Of a stretch of DNA of 64,000 nt, positions 1 through 14,014 are shown piece by piece. Within the stretch, counting starts at the first letter, position 1; every line of letters begins with the position of its first letter. Location: positions 62,001 through 126,000 of the forward strand of contig AP026153.1 in assembly GCA_030295235.1 (NCBI GenBank). Direction: 5' to 3'. A program made the position numbers and the translations under genes. The DNA comes from Fistulifera solaris (taxonomy: Eukaryota). A model generated the notes under the pieces. That model saw only the letters and a list, made by a program, of their open reading frames with translations, had not been told where the DNA came from and searched no databases.

Positions 1-72
1 AAAGTAAGTAACAACACTGTGCTTGTTTCGTTCTCAACTCTATCGGTTTTTATTAACTACTTTTCGATGCAG

Positions 73-3000
73 ATATCTCATTTGCGATCAGGTGGAAGCA
101 CGGCTTGGTGGGCAGTTTCGTTTGAAGCACAATAACGTTTGTGGAAATTTCTTCGCTGACAGTCAAGTCGTGGGCAATCCTGCCATCAACTTGGACGCTT
201 CCAGTGCAGCGACGGTCAAAATTTTCGATCTGAGCAACAAGGCGAAGGTGGTGGATATTCAGTACAATAAGGTGGCTCAGGATCTTCTTCTTACCGTCCC
301 TTTGAGTCAATGCTCTCAAGTTCCTCAAGATGGACACGTGTTCGGCATCTTCGATGGCAAGTACTGGCTCCATGACCCGCGTTTCGTTGTCGACGAGAAC
401 TCTCTGGAGAAACCAAACAACGAAATTTGCTCTTCGGCCCCTCCTACGTTTCTCAACGAAGCATCGTGCGTGATATCCCAAACGGCTCCGTGTGTGACCT
501 CATCAGCACCCTTGAGCGTGTCGTCAACAGTTCAATTGACCATTGCCACGCTGCAACAAGCATACAAGGACACGGGCAAGCTGATGTATGCTGTGAATGG
601 TCTGAGAGGCCCATGGGACCCTCCCTGTAAGGCTGGGACTACTTCTCGTTGGGTGGTGGTCAATGTGGATTGTACCGACACCACCATGAAGGATTCGACT
701 CGTACATTCCTCCAGAATTTACTAGTAGAGGCCAAAACCACGCAAAGCAATCCGTACATGCTGGATGTCTTCATGCCTTTTGCTGGTTGTGACGCGACTG
801 ACGCAAATGGGCTCTACTATAGGATTGCTGCCAACGGCAAATGCTATGAGAACGTTCACCCAAATCATTGGCAGGTTTTTGATTTTACTGCTTGGGCCGC
901 CCAGCATCCTGGTGGGGCTCCAGCTATCGAGCAGTTTGCGCTGAGGGGTGAATTCGTTCTTAACTTTCCGGATTGGCACACTACGGATCGATGGACAACT
1001 TACTCGAAACAGTTGACGAGTATCGGACGTTTTGGTGACACTGTTCCTGCTATCGGAGATCCACAACCCGGTCCTATCGAGGGAGGGGTCTCTCTGGTTT
1101 GTGGAAGTCCGTTCGAAGTCGCAAACAATGCATCCTTGGCCGGTTCGTTGCTAGCAGGTGCTTTCGACATTGTCACTTCTGAGAGCAAAACGACACCGGA
1201 ATCAAGATTGATGGAACAGAATCTGATGATCTGGATGGATGTTGCGTTGAATAGTAAGGACCAACTGAGGCAACGAATTGCGTGGGCATTGAGTCAGATT
1301 CTAGTTGTGGCCCCATACGCCCTTGAGTCGTGGTACACCAACGAAGTGTTTCTGACATACTATGACATCTTTGTAAGGCACGCCTTCGGAAACTATCGCG
1401 ACATCCTCAAAGAAGTGTCTTACTCTCCAGCGATGGCCGAGATGCTGAGCTATCTCAATAGCGAAAGGTAAATGCTAGTTGCCAACTCGTTCTTTTCGCA
1501 TTGACTAAGAACTCACAAACCCTTAGCACCGCAATTGTCTTCGACATAAAGAAGCAACTCCAATTTGCTGATGAAAACTTTTCTCGCGAGTTAATGCAGT
1601 TGTTTAGCGTAGGCCTTTATCAGTTGAATCAAGACGGGTCGCTGCTGTTAAATAGAAACAACCTCCCCGTGCTGACTTATACGAACGATGACATCATGGA
1701 GTATGCTAGGATGTGGACCGGTTTCAAGCAACAGCCTCGTCGAAACAATGTCGAAGATTTCCCCTCGCCTTGGACTGGAAGTCTTGTCGACCCTATGATG
1801 ATTCGAGTCGAAGCAAGAGACAGTTTGCCAAAGGTGAGTTGATGGCTTCTTCTGCTTTTCTTAAAATACGCTTGGCGAAAACTTATTATACTACCTCTTT
1901 CTGTTCAGATGGGTCTGAATCGTGCGTACGTCGGAGATGGATACCCCTTGTGCTCCGACTTGCCAAGCCAGCACTTTTTGAAGCGTGGAGCAACCTACCG
2001 ATTATTGGGGCCAAAGCCCAAGCCCCGTCTTCTGAACGACCCTGATAGTTGGACTGAATCTACAACGACAAAACGTTTCTCTTTAGACACGCGCTCTGGT
2101 CTCTACCAAACCCTCTGTAAAGCATCGGGTGGCACGTGTTCTTATCCTGCAAAGTTGTCTTGCAGTCAAACCTTGCCTGCACTGGTATCGAATGCGAAAT
2201 CGACGAGCCCCGCATCGTGAAAGTAAGCGGTATGTACTACGAGTATGCGCGTTTGCCATGTGTTCAGCAAGCGTACTACAGCAATCCGGCAATGATGACG
2301 AACCAGTGGGGATGGGCATACTGCGCCGATCGACGCACGGCGGCTGGATCCGTTGCCTGCTGCCCCGATAGTAGTGGAAAAGCAAACACTGGTGTGGTGA
2401 AATTTGATGGAGAGAAGCTTACATTCGATAGATCTGTTGCACGTTGCAAAGCGAGCGGTATGAACGCATGTGAAGTTCCATGGTGGGATTGTAACGGGTG
2501 TAACGAGCAACTAGGACACTGGACCACACATTCTTGCAACTTGGCAGTGAAAGTCCACCGTGATGGTAAAATCGGAATCGTGCACGAAGTTATTGACAGT
2601 AGACCAAACGTGGGCAAGGATATCCACTACAACGTTCGAAAAGACACGAAAACTTCATTCCGGGTTGACTGGCAGGGGCCACTGAACACGCTACTGAGTT
2701 CTTACGACACACAATGCGGTGCCATGGGATGCAAATTTGATTCCATGCAGAGCGTTTGCCTTTGTCCTGTATCCAGCGTGGTCGATTCTTCGGTCTTTTC
2801 CAGCGCACCGACAAAGAATCAAGTCCTTTCTCAATTACGCATCGGATCATTTTCTCCGGACATTTTGACAGGATACAGTGCTAAAGATCTTGGCAATGGT
2901 GTTGTGATGTATTCCACAGACGGGTTGATTTCGGCGAAATCTGTCTTTCAGGTGAAAGACGCAAACGGAGTGACGCATTTCCGAAAGAATGTCAAATCGA

Positions 3001-5427
3001 TTGTGACAATCGGGTCGGGGGACTTTCATTCCGTAACCCGCCTCACTTTATTTCTCTTGCGTTCCCTGAACTCCGTGATGCCGTATACGAGACTGAAGCT
3101 GGACTTGACCATTGCTTTGTAAGTGAAAGGGTAGCATGTGCGATGGCTATTTGATTGAAAGACCGCCAGAACTTACATTCCCATCTTTCCATCTTTAGCA
3201 CCATCCGAACACGGCGCCTTTTCTGGCTTCGAGAATGCTGCAACGCTTTGGAATATCTAATCCTTCTCCTCGCATGATCTCAACTGTTGCGACTGCCTTC
3301 CGCACGGGAGTCTACGTTGCAGGTGGAGTGACTCTAGGTAGCAGAAAATACGGCGACATGTTCGCCATGATGGCTGCTATTCTTCTTGATCGCGAGTCTC
3401 GAGCCCCTATTCTCGATGCAGATCCTGCTTCCGGGTCTCTTCAAGAGCCCTTCCTTCGATACGTTCGTGCGATGAGGTCGCTCGAGTTCAAACCTTCTTC
3501 GGATGCACCCTACGTGCGCTTCAAGACATACTTCCCGAACGCCCTTGGACAGCAGCCGCATCTGCAAACAAGTGTGTTCTCGTTCTTCAAACCTGAATAC
3601 TCCCCTGCAGGACCCGTCGGAAATGCTGGTCTTTTTTGTCCAGAATGTCAACTTACTGATGGGCCGAAGGCGATCACATTGATGAACGCATTGAACAGTC
3701 TGTTGAAATATGGATTGAGCTCTGATTACGGTGGATTCGGGCACGGAAGAGGACTCGCGCCAAGCAAGGGTGACTACTCGAACTCCTATGGTAGTTTGAC
3801 GTTAAAACTCAGTGACTCGTTGACGGCGACTCAAGTAGTGGACGAGCTTGCACTGCTACTGACGGCCGGTAGATTGGATGCTCAAAAGCGTGTCTTGATG
3901 GTGAACGTCTTTAACTCGCAGGTTTCGAGAGCGCAAGGCATCATCACGGTCGAGCAAATGATGCTCACCACACCCGAGTTTCATACAAATACGTTATCGC
4001 AAAACAACGCCGGCGCAGTCTCTCCGCCCCCGCTGCCGACACCCAACACCAAGCCGTACAAAGCAGTCATCTATGTGATGCTCTCGGGTGGTGTCGACTC
4101 TTCTCAACATGCTTGTTCCGCAAGTGTGCAGTGGAAGGAACAACGCCGGGGTCACCGTCGATCAACAGTACAATGCGGAGCGTGGAAGTTTGGCCCTCCC
4201 ATCTGGAGACCGATCTTTACAGATTGCTGCAACCGGTCAGCCTTGTTCGACATTCGCTATCCACAAAGAGCTGCCGCTGTTCAAGTCGTTGTACGATGCC
4301 GGCGATTTGACATTTATCGCAAACATGGGAGTTCTGAACGATGTCACGGGTATCGACAAGATGAACTACATCGCCAAGACGCGCATTCAACTGTTTGCTC
4401 ACAACTGGATGCAACAAGAGGCAAAGACGATGGACCCGAAATCGGCTAAACTCGGTACTGGTGTCCTTGGTCGACTGAGCTCAGTGTTGAAAGACAAGGG
4501 ATACACACCGGGTTCTGTTTCGTTTGATAGTGAGTCTATTTCCGTTTCTCCAGAGCGTAACAAAACACCCAAACCGATCGTTGTGAGTCCCTACGGAGTG
4601 AGCAAGTTCGACACCAAGCCGACATCTGAGACGTTTGACTTGACATCGTACGCCAAGCAGTTGAATGCAAAGCCAGGCTCGGTGGATTCGTTGTTCGGCC
4701 AGACTTGGGCTGCGAGATTCCTTGATGGCATGAACGAAGCAGAGTTTTTCAGCAGCAAAATTGATCAGGCTCCCTTGGGAAGTCACTGGACGTGGGACAT
4801 GGGCCACATTGGTTACCAGTTTCGTATGCTTTCCAAGCTTGTGAAAAGTCGTACCGTGAGGGGAGTCGATCGCGATGTGTTCTACACTGAGTATGGCGGC
4901 TGGGATCACCATGCAGGGCAAGTCTCTGGCTTATTGAACAACTTTAGGGAGCTGAATAAGTCGCTGCATTTGTTGGTGACGGAACTGAAACTCCAAGGCG
5001 TGTGGAACGACGTAACTATTGTTATCGCCTCCGAATTTGGGCGAACGCTTACGCCAAACTCAGGTGGAGGATCAGACCATGCTTGGGGAGGACATTATGC
5101 GTTGATGGGAGGCGATGTTAAAGGAGGAAAGATTCTTGGCCAATACCCTACTGATTTGACGGAAAAGGGCATTTGAATGTCGGTCGAGGGCGTTTCATTC
5201 CGACGACAAGTTGGGATGCTGTTTGGAACGGAATCTTGCAGTGGATGGGAATTAGCACGGAGGCAGAACTCGATTACTGCTTGCCGAATCGAAAGGCAAC
5301 TTCCGGTGTAAGCGGCTTCACAAGTCTGATGTGGCGAGGCGATCTCTTCCAATCCACTGGTCGTAAAAGGCATTTGCGCGAGCGACCAACGGAGTCTGAC
5401 CAACAGCAAGAAGAAAGCATGATCTGA
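73..5427 (+). CDS. DUF1800-DUF1501 fusion protein, copy A (5' end outside window; several frameshifts)
   Basis: DUF1800-type motifs DQLRQRIAWALSQI, YYDIFVRHAFGNYRDIL, DENFSRELMQLFSVGL, HPNTAPF..FGISNPSP. DUF1501-type motifs YKAVIYVMLSGGVDS, LFAHN, GGWDHH, SEFGRTL..GGSDHAWGG, GRFIPTTSWD. GT-AG introns at 4-72, 1468-1526, 1834-1908 and 3119-3198. Confidence 0.85.
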
Positions 5428-6008
5428 GTGAAAGATGTGTTTTTAAAGACTAAGATTCGTTATCGATTGCTCTGATATAAAAACATAGATCTCCTAGCTC
5501 CTCGTGAGTCGTCACTCGAACAAACCTTTCTACTCTCTACTAAAAATACTCGGTAAACAGTAAAACCTTAGAAGAATCAGTGGTTCCATGTACGCTAGAG
5601 CGGCGACAAGCGGCGATTTTGATTCTTTATGATTCCTCACGTGCGCAATTAAAAAAGGCTGATCAAGGCCAGAGAGGGCCCGAAAAGGAGATCACTGATC
5701 AGACTGAACCTTCCAGTTCGGGTTCAATTTGTAGTAGAAGTTAACACAGCGCAGTTTTGTGGGAAAGATTCAGCAAGCTTGAAAAAGTTCGCAAATAATG
5801 GACAAATGGATCTCATAATTTTGACATTCATCCACTAGCGAAGGTAAGATCTTTTTGAGGTTGCTCCATACCAAAACCAAATTGTTGTTGAGATATATGA
5901 CATCATCTGGTTGATTGTTTCTCTTCCACTCTCACTGTAAAGCTATTTCGTTTCGCCTTTCTCATTGCCAGGTTTACATCAACAATAAGATATCTCGACT
6001 CAAAAACC

Positions 6009-6180
6009 ATGCGTCTCGCTTCTTCCTTTGGCTCCTTGGTTGTCGCCGCGACTCTCTACACGACCGTCTCCGGCTGCTGGACGTGTGAACCTCGAGAGGG
6101 TTGTTTCGAGTGCGTGTCCAAAATCGACAATGGCGATGGATTCTCCACGGTCACGTTGGATTTCTCGGGTTGCAAAACGC
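6009..6180 (+). pseudogene. 5' fragment of a secreted Cys-rich protein, apparently truncated at the edge of the Helitron-like region
   Basis: Signal-peptide-like MRLASSFGSLVVAATLYTTVSG followed by CWTCEPREGCFECV...SGCK, then an abrupt switch to AT-rich non-coding-like sequence near 6181. Confidence 0.45.
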
Positions 6181-7609
6181 ATTTCAAAAAGGAAATTATT
6201 GACGGCTCTCTTTCACATTGCACGAGTCTTTTACATATATCTTTAATAAATAGAAATAAATGGTATTGATACAGTGAAGTTGTTGAATGTTTGATTGTAG
6301 ATTATTGCGTGTTATTTGCTTGAATCAAAGATGCATTGCAACCAACACCCTATTTTTATGCAACACAATGCGACGATGCCGCGCTCGATCTCCGCGTGAT
6401 GCCGTAGGGTGATGAACACACAAAAATTATGTGCGTGAAACATGTTTGTGACTCAATTAATGCTTCAGTCACGGGTTAGGTTGTCCCCATTTCTTGCTGC
6501 ATTGTTGAAACGGCTAAGCACGAGATCAACCAACATTCGACCAGGAAACTCTTGTGAATGTGTAAGTATAGTCGTTGGGATCGACAATGTTGTTGTTTGC
6601 TTATTTTTTTGTCAAAAAATTTGGCCTTACTGCGTAAACAGAACAAGATGTGACGCACCTTCGCTACAGTTGGATGAAACCAAACGGCCCACGCTCCAGA
6701 GATCTAAGCTATAGGTCAACCAGCCATTACACGGCTTCCATTTTCCAACGCATGCTTTTCGGGAAATTTTTGCTTCTTCAGTCTAGACGGAGACGATCTC
6801 CGAATAAATAAATCGAAGGAAGTAATAATTGCAAAAACGAATATTGTCGTAGCAGTGTTCATGATATTGTTATTGAGTACCGATTTAGCGACTATACAAA
6901 CGACGGTAAAGAGGACGATCCGAAAAGTGAAACGTTCGTTTTGACAATTGGGGGTGTGGGGGTGAGAGTTTCTCGGTCATCATTATTTTTTAGGCTTTTT
7001 ACTTTGGTGAAAAGTATCTTAATGACTTCGCCACGGTGTTTGGGGACTACAACTTGCAAATAGAGTCAATTAGGGTCATTTCACCCAATTTTTACTGCTT
7101 GTATCGAAAAAACCTGCTAGAATTTGGGATTTTGATCTAAACAACAGCCTCTTATAGTAGTATGGAAAGCTAAATTTGTCTACAAGGAAAAAGTGTACTT
7201 TCTTGTTTTTCTTTTCTACTTAATATTTTCGTCAAGATGATAATGAAACGCCTAAAATATTAAAACAAAGTACTATTTTCAAGGCCGTTTTTCATTGATT
7301 GTAAGAATACGTATCGATTTAATCGCCGTGATTTTACGGTTGTAAAATGTCTATTGGTCGCAAAAATTTGTAAATCAAGAACGTACAAAGTGCGTGTATT
7401 CGAGAAAAATCGACATCCGTCGTTCCGTTTGTTCTTGTTCGTGCAAACATTCGAATTCATTCGATGAATGTCTCGTGTAGCGTTGATTGACAAGAGCGCT
7501 GGTACAAGTAAAAGCAATCATGTGAATGGTTTTCCTGCTCTGAATGGTCTACAAGTTAGGAGTGATAATTGTTGTTTCCAAAATAACAATTACGGAAAGG
7601 TTGTTTTGA

Positions 7610-7721
7610 GCACCGTTTTGAACAACCGTTTATTGCGGCCGGTATTTTGAGAACGCGCTGAGAACGCACCGTTTTGAACAACCGTTTATTGCGGCCGGTA
7701 TTTTGAGAACGCGCTGAGAAC
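7610..7721. repeat. Perfect 56-bp tandem duplication
   Basis: gcaccgttttgaacaaccg...gcgctgagaac occurs at 7610-7665 and again at 7666-7721. Confidence 0.9.
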
Positions 7722-7740
7722 GCGCTGTGCGCATGGGATT

Positions 7741-10700
7741 ATGCATTGTGTGAGAAGACGAAATCGAGTTCGAGAGACGATAAAAGCGAAGTTGGCAGAA
7801 TCAGTTTCAATTGAGAGAAATGGTTCCTCTGTGATCGTAAAGAAGAAAGCGTGTTGCGTCTGCGACACGCAACTTGATCATCGAAATGCGAACACAATAT
7901 CATTAAAAGCTCTTTCGACAAGGAATTGGTTTGAGCCTGATGCTTCATTAGAAGTGCCGATTGGCTTTTTCAAAAGCGAGTATTGTGTTCCTTCAGATGT
8001 CATATCAACCTTTTTCTGCGGACGAGCAAGATCTGCTCTCAAAAGTTATTATATCCCCGAGAACATGCTTTGAACGACAAAATCAATCTTTACATTTATC
8101 AATCTGTAACTCCTGCTTAAAATGTCGATCACGATCTCCACCTCAAAAATCTATAGTAAATATGCCAATTGGGACGGAGCCCGATGTTCTGGCTTCTTTA
8201 AATGATACCGAACTTGCTTTGATTAGCATGGGAAGAGTCTCAAAGCATATCTTTACTATTTACGGTGGTGCGCATAAATCGATCAAGACCTGGCACAAGA
8301 TGTATGTCAATGACGTCAAACATACAATAGCTGCGTTGAATTTGCTTGAAGCTGCTATTGTCAGGCCTTCAATTTTCTGTGTTTTGTCGGGGCCGTTTAC
8401 TCCTGAACAAAAAGGATTGCAATCACTAGTATTGCTGTTGATATACCAAAAGTCATACGGGCTCACGAATGGCTTAGACAAAACAACATTTATTATATGA
8501 ATGAGCCGGCTTTGCGACCCGAAGATTTGCCTGTTCCAATCGTGATTGATTCTACCTCGGTAGAGCAGTCGACTGACAACAACATTGAAAAGAGACACGA
8601 GACAACAGTTTTCTTTCCGCAACTAGGGAATATTGACGATACTCGTAGCAATACAGAAATTCTGAAGCAAGCTCTCTCTCCTAATGATTCTGAACCAATA
8701 ACTCTGAACTCACAAGCAACACCGGAAACTTTAAAGATGTGGCAACCTGCTGATTTCATCAAAGCATTTATACGCCAATTCCCTTACGGACATGGAATTC
8801 GACCGGCGAAGATGAAGCTAGAAGTGTACATCAAGCACTTAGTCACGCTTAGTATCAACGTTTCAACGGGCGGATTTTATTTTGGTCGTTGCGGAAGTTT
8901 ATTTTAAACAAGCCATTGTCGGCAAGAGTTCAATGAAGGTCAAACAGAAATTAGGCGCCAAAACGGCTGTCGAACTGCTGAATGATATCGATGTCGAGGG
9001 AGATTGAAAACGTGCTCGAAGATCCATCTTTAATTGAGCATGAACCATGTTCAAACATATCCTATTTTCTTCGTTCGGTGTTTGCTGTATCAAGATGCCT
9101 TCCTTTTTCTGATCAAGTCGCCAAGAGAAGAAAAGGCTTAAAGTGTTTTCTATTTGTACACAATACGGCCTACCCACTGGTCTGTTAACAGTCACACCAG
9201 ATGATGCTGACAACTTCAAGATATGTGTCTATAAGAATGAAGTCGTACATCATGTGTCTATGATGCATAATTCGGATTTTGATTCTGTGCGAAACTATCT
9301 TTCCGAGTGTGAAGCGATAAGAGTTGATTATCCCGGTTTTGCTGAATTGGAGTTTGAGAGTGCCATGGACGTCGTGATAACGGACATTTTCGGATGGAAC
9401 CGAGAAACTGGTCATTCGGAATCTGACGGTGGTCTATTTGGAAAATTAAATTCATGGTTTTTCGCTGTTGAAGAACAAGGTCGAAAAAACGTTACACGGT
9501 CATTTCTTAATTTGGGTCGATGGTTGGGACGACATTATTTCCTCTGTACAATCAAGTGAAAGTCAAAACGTTGTAGAGAAGATGACAACATTCATGGAGA
9601 ATAATATCAGCACTTCCTGCTTTGATATAAAAGTTCAGTCCCGTTCCTCTGATCGTCTTTCTCATTCTACAACCATGGCAGAGATTGCCCTGCATCATAA
9701 TTGTACTGATCCAGATCCTGTGTATCAATACTGTACAGATCAACAACTTCACGGAACATGCGTTACCAACATTGCCAGAATTCACCCGAGGATTTACAGC
9801 TCGCTGAAATGTTTGAAATGCAAGCGATTGTTTACGTTGGATACGTTGATCAAAACAGCTATTCGGACCATTTTCTCGAAACAGATGAATCTTGAAGTGA
9901 CCCAGGACAACGAAGACATTTTATTCCGTTATATAACGTCGATATGCCAGAGTGGTTTCCCTGGATTGGAACCACTTATTGACTTATTACCTACGTCCAT
10001 TCGACTCTTTCTTTTACATGCAGCGATCTACATAATCAACGCCATTCGCCCACGGTGCTTCAAGAAAGATTCTTCATGCAGACTAAGGATACCATCAAAA
10101 CCACTTGCTACTGCTCAATGTGACTTTCTTGACAACCAAACAAGCATATGGTATACATGGAATGGCATCCGCCATACACGAAGACCATTTCGATTGACAC
10201 CAAAACGAAGTCAACTTGATGCTTTCACCAACATGTATCATCCTTTTTTAGGCGAGCTGTTTCATTGCAATACCAATTTCCAATGCATAATCGATGGACC
10301 CGCAATCATGTATGTTACGAACTACGCTTGTAAAAGCACGAACTGAAGACAAACTTGATCAATTAGGAGTATTGCTTTGCTTAAAGAAGGTTCTAGAGAA
10401 AGAGATTCGTGAACTTGAAGACCAATCTGAAACAGCTGACAACCCCATCTCTACCGCCTTAAAAACGCATTCTAGCATCAGCTCTGGCCGAAACATCAAA
10501 CTATATCATCAGCGCACCAATGGCAAAATATCTCATACTAAATGACTCTCGATTCGGATGCTCGCACATATTCTCTTTTCTCCCTATCCATGACTTCATA
10601 AAAAGCCAGACTTCCCTCGCAAAACTGGATGTATCCCTAAGGAACACCACATTCTTGTCGTCACGTCAGCGACACATACTTATTTCGACCGGATCATCTG

Positions 10701-13335
10701 AACGGCATCGATCCATATACATTCTATTCAAGTTTTCAAGTACGAACTGTTCGCGGCAACACCTGGAACGACACAGATCTCTTCAAATTTCAAAATGAAG
10801 CACCGATTGGATACAACAATCTGCGATTAGTTGAAGCCGAAACACGAACAATACCAACAATAAATTATCCGCTCTTCTCGTCCGGCACAAGTTTTCGAAC
10901 ACAATATTCTTGATAAAAATATCGAGACGAATGACTTGGTCGAGGATCATTGCAAAACAATTCTGTTGTTGTTTTGTCCTTATCGATCAGAAGAACAGGT
11001 ACTGACTCCCTTTGCATCATACAAACAATCTCTCATCTGCAAAATTGAAAGCCGGCAACTCAATCCGAAGTTCGAAACGTACATGCAGAACATGCAAAAT
11101 TGCAGGAATTCCCTCGACTCGCGTCACATCCCTGACATCTTAGAGGAAGGAACCGTTGAACTACCAGAACCTGAACGAAGTCAAAAGAAGCGAAAGTCAA
11201 AACTCCCTTCTGAGGAAATTCTCACTCACATAGATAACGACTTGTCAGCTGTTGTTCGCGGACTTACACGATACATACCTTCATAACGAACAAACCGACA
11301 CAACTTCATTCAATCTCGCCGCATTAACTGCTCAAGGCTCAAACGATTTACAATACGATCAAGGGCTGCAGCCAAAACCTGTATCGTTAGAAGCCGAAAG
11401 TCTCTTCGAGGGAAGAAGACCGCACAGACGAACAACATGATCATCAGATGACGCAAAACGATATTTATGAAGCAAGACCAGAAGTAACAGCAGCAACATT
11501 GATCAGTGCATATAGAAGCCGAGTTTGTCGACAGACCGCATTATCAGATCCCGACCGTCACAATGTAAGCAATATCAAAGCGACAGGAAGTCGCGAAAGT
11601 ATCCGTGAATGGGCGGAAGCTGCGTTTCGTGACGACGAAGATCAGAAAGCCGCATTCAAAGCTTTGATAGCCGATTTCGTTCTGCAATACACACGAGAAC
11701 CACGAATGATGTCCAGACACGAAAGTACGTATCTAAAAAAAATGGCAAAACGAATTAACCGAACTTCGAGGCTTGAATGAAAACCTGAGCAATCCCGATC
11801 TCGAACGGCCCAGTCATCATGTTTCTTACCCGGACCAGGGCGGATCGGGAAAATCACATGTCATTCAAAACATAATCGAATATGCAAAACAATTCACTAA
11901 AGAGATTGAACAACCATTCACAACCAGAACAATTGCAGTAACCGCGATGACAGGTGTTGCAGCCACATCTATCCTCGGAGAAACGCTTCATTCTGCAGCG
12001 CACCTCGACATGCCAAAAGACGTCACACCGAAACTCACAAATACTACATTACTCAACAAAGTAAAAAAATGAATGGAGGGATACTAAAATGCTAATTGTC
12101 GACGAAATATCATTCGCGAAGCCAAAAGAATCTCCAGTCTCTGGCAAAGAACCTCGACCTCATTAAAGACTATCACAAAACCAATTACTATTATGGTGGA
12201 ATAACAATTTGCTTCGCTGGAGATTTCTCCCAATTAGAACCTATTAACGCCAAGGCCCTCTACCAAAACGGTCCGACCGATCATTGGCATAGATGGGTCA
12301 ACTCATTTGTCGAACTCAAAGGCGGTCATCGATTTCATGACCACGAGTACAAAGACATGTTGACTAGTCTGCGATCAACTGGTATTCTCAACGACCGTCA
12401 TCTAGCCATGCTCAACAGCAGAGTCCAAAAATTGAACGACTTGTCCAACATCCCACCGGGTACCCAGATCGCTTGTGCTGATAATAAAGACCGGTGCGCA
12501 CTGAACAATCTTGCATTCAGATCACATCTTCAAAGAAGCATACAGCACAACTTACGACCCCATTACGAACAAACCACCAGCGCACACCATGATCGTCAAA
12601 ATGTCCAACCTGAAATGGCACTTCAACAAAAAAGGCCTTTCTGAGAGTGCGAAACACACCCTGTTCGAGAAAGTGGGAGACTTCCAAATAAAACGAGCCA
12701 GCGACGACAAATTCTTTGATCCATTCCTAAAACTCTACATCGGTGCACCAGTTATGCTGTCTGAAAACGAGGGCGTCAAAAATGGCATTGCAAATGGAAC
12801 AACAGGAACGATAAAGAAAATAATACTCGCCAAAAATGGAAACGAAAATATCGAGGTCATAACCGTCGATGGCTACAAAGTCAATTCGATTGAAGTGAAA
12901 TTCATTGAGAAAATCATAGTTGACGTACGGCTTCCATCCACCAACACAACAAAAGACATAGCCCTCCACCCAATTAATTCAAAAGCAGACGTAGAAATGC
13001 CATTCGAGTGTATTCCCGGACACATTCAAACATCAACCGTGCCAATCTTATGCACTCAATTCACCTTCGTTCTCAACCACGCAACAACAGTTCATAAGTT
13101 ACAAGGAAGAACACTCGAAGCCCTCTACATTGCCAATTGGTCATACAGAAGGAATTGGGTCTATGTTGCACTATCTCGAATTCGAACACTCAATACATTG
13201 TATCTTCGGAGACCCATCAAACAAAGCGCCAAATCTACGACCATACTCCGAAATGCTCAAGATGCTCCAATATTTCAGAATCAACAAAACGTCTACGCTA
13301 TGACAATGACATATACTTATATTATACTTAACTAA
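7741..13335 (+). pseudogene. Helitron RepHel (HUH endonuclease + Pif1/SF1B helicase), heavily frameshifted
   Basis: Rep motif 1 (YGLPTGLLTVTPDD, ~9164-9205), HUH motif 2 (FAVEEQGRK-TLHGHFLIW, ~9461-9514) and motif 3 (YVTNYACK, 10311-10334). Helicase motifs GGSGKS, TAMTGVAA..GETLHS, LIVDEIS, FAGDFSQLEPI, NGIANGTTG, HATTVHKLQGRTL, YVALSR. Confidence 0.9.
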
Positions 13336-14014
13336 TAACCAGAACATCCGACTCCATTGTATACCTAGCAAATAAACTTCAGTCTTATTTCAACCCAAAC
13401 TTCACGAGCGCGACCACTCCCAATTTTGAATAAACAGAAATACTGTTACAATGCCATAATAGCAAACCCGTATCTTTCTTTCGACCTTTCTCTCCAACTC
13501 TTTAACCTTCTAATAGTTGCGAACACAGTGCCTATCCGAACTCAATATCCGAACCCAACCAACACAACACTTGCCAAAATCATCCATAAATTCTCAATCC
13601 CATTCGATCAACATGTTCCAACAAAAACAACGCCAAACCGGCTACACCATACGGCAGTCACCATCAAAAAATCCAAAAGATAGGACACAGACGACCTCAT
13701 GAACTCTTCACCTCTCCAATCAGAGGACATCACCTTGAATTCATCTCTTCTGCACATCCCACAAGAGCCCAAACCGATGCCTACTTACCAAACATCTACA
13801 GAAACATAGCCACCGACCAAGAACTACATGACCTTGGAATCTTTAGTTGGGCATTCGTTCGCTAGGATCAGATGGCCAGCCAGAAATGAATGCAGGCACT
13901 AGTTGGCCCCGAAGATTCCTCGTCGTTGAAAATGACCTTGACACACTTTTCAACAGAGCATACAAGATACACTAACTACTCTCGACAGAGTTACCGACGT
14001 TACGCCCAGGTTAC

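Noticed and set aside
7610..7721. Direct repeats as a CRISPR array
   Set aside because: Only two contiguous units with no spacers, no cas genes, and a eukaryotic context.
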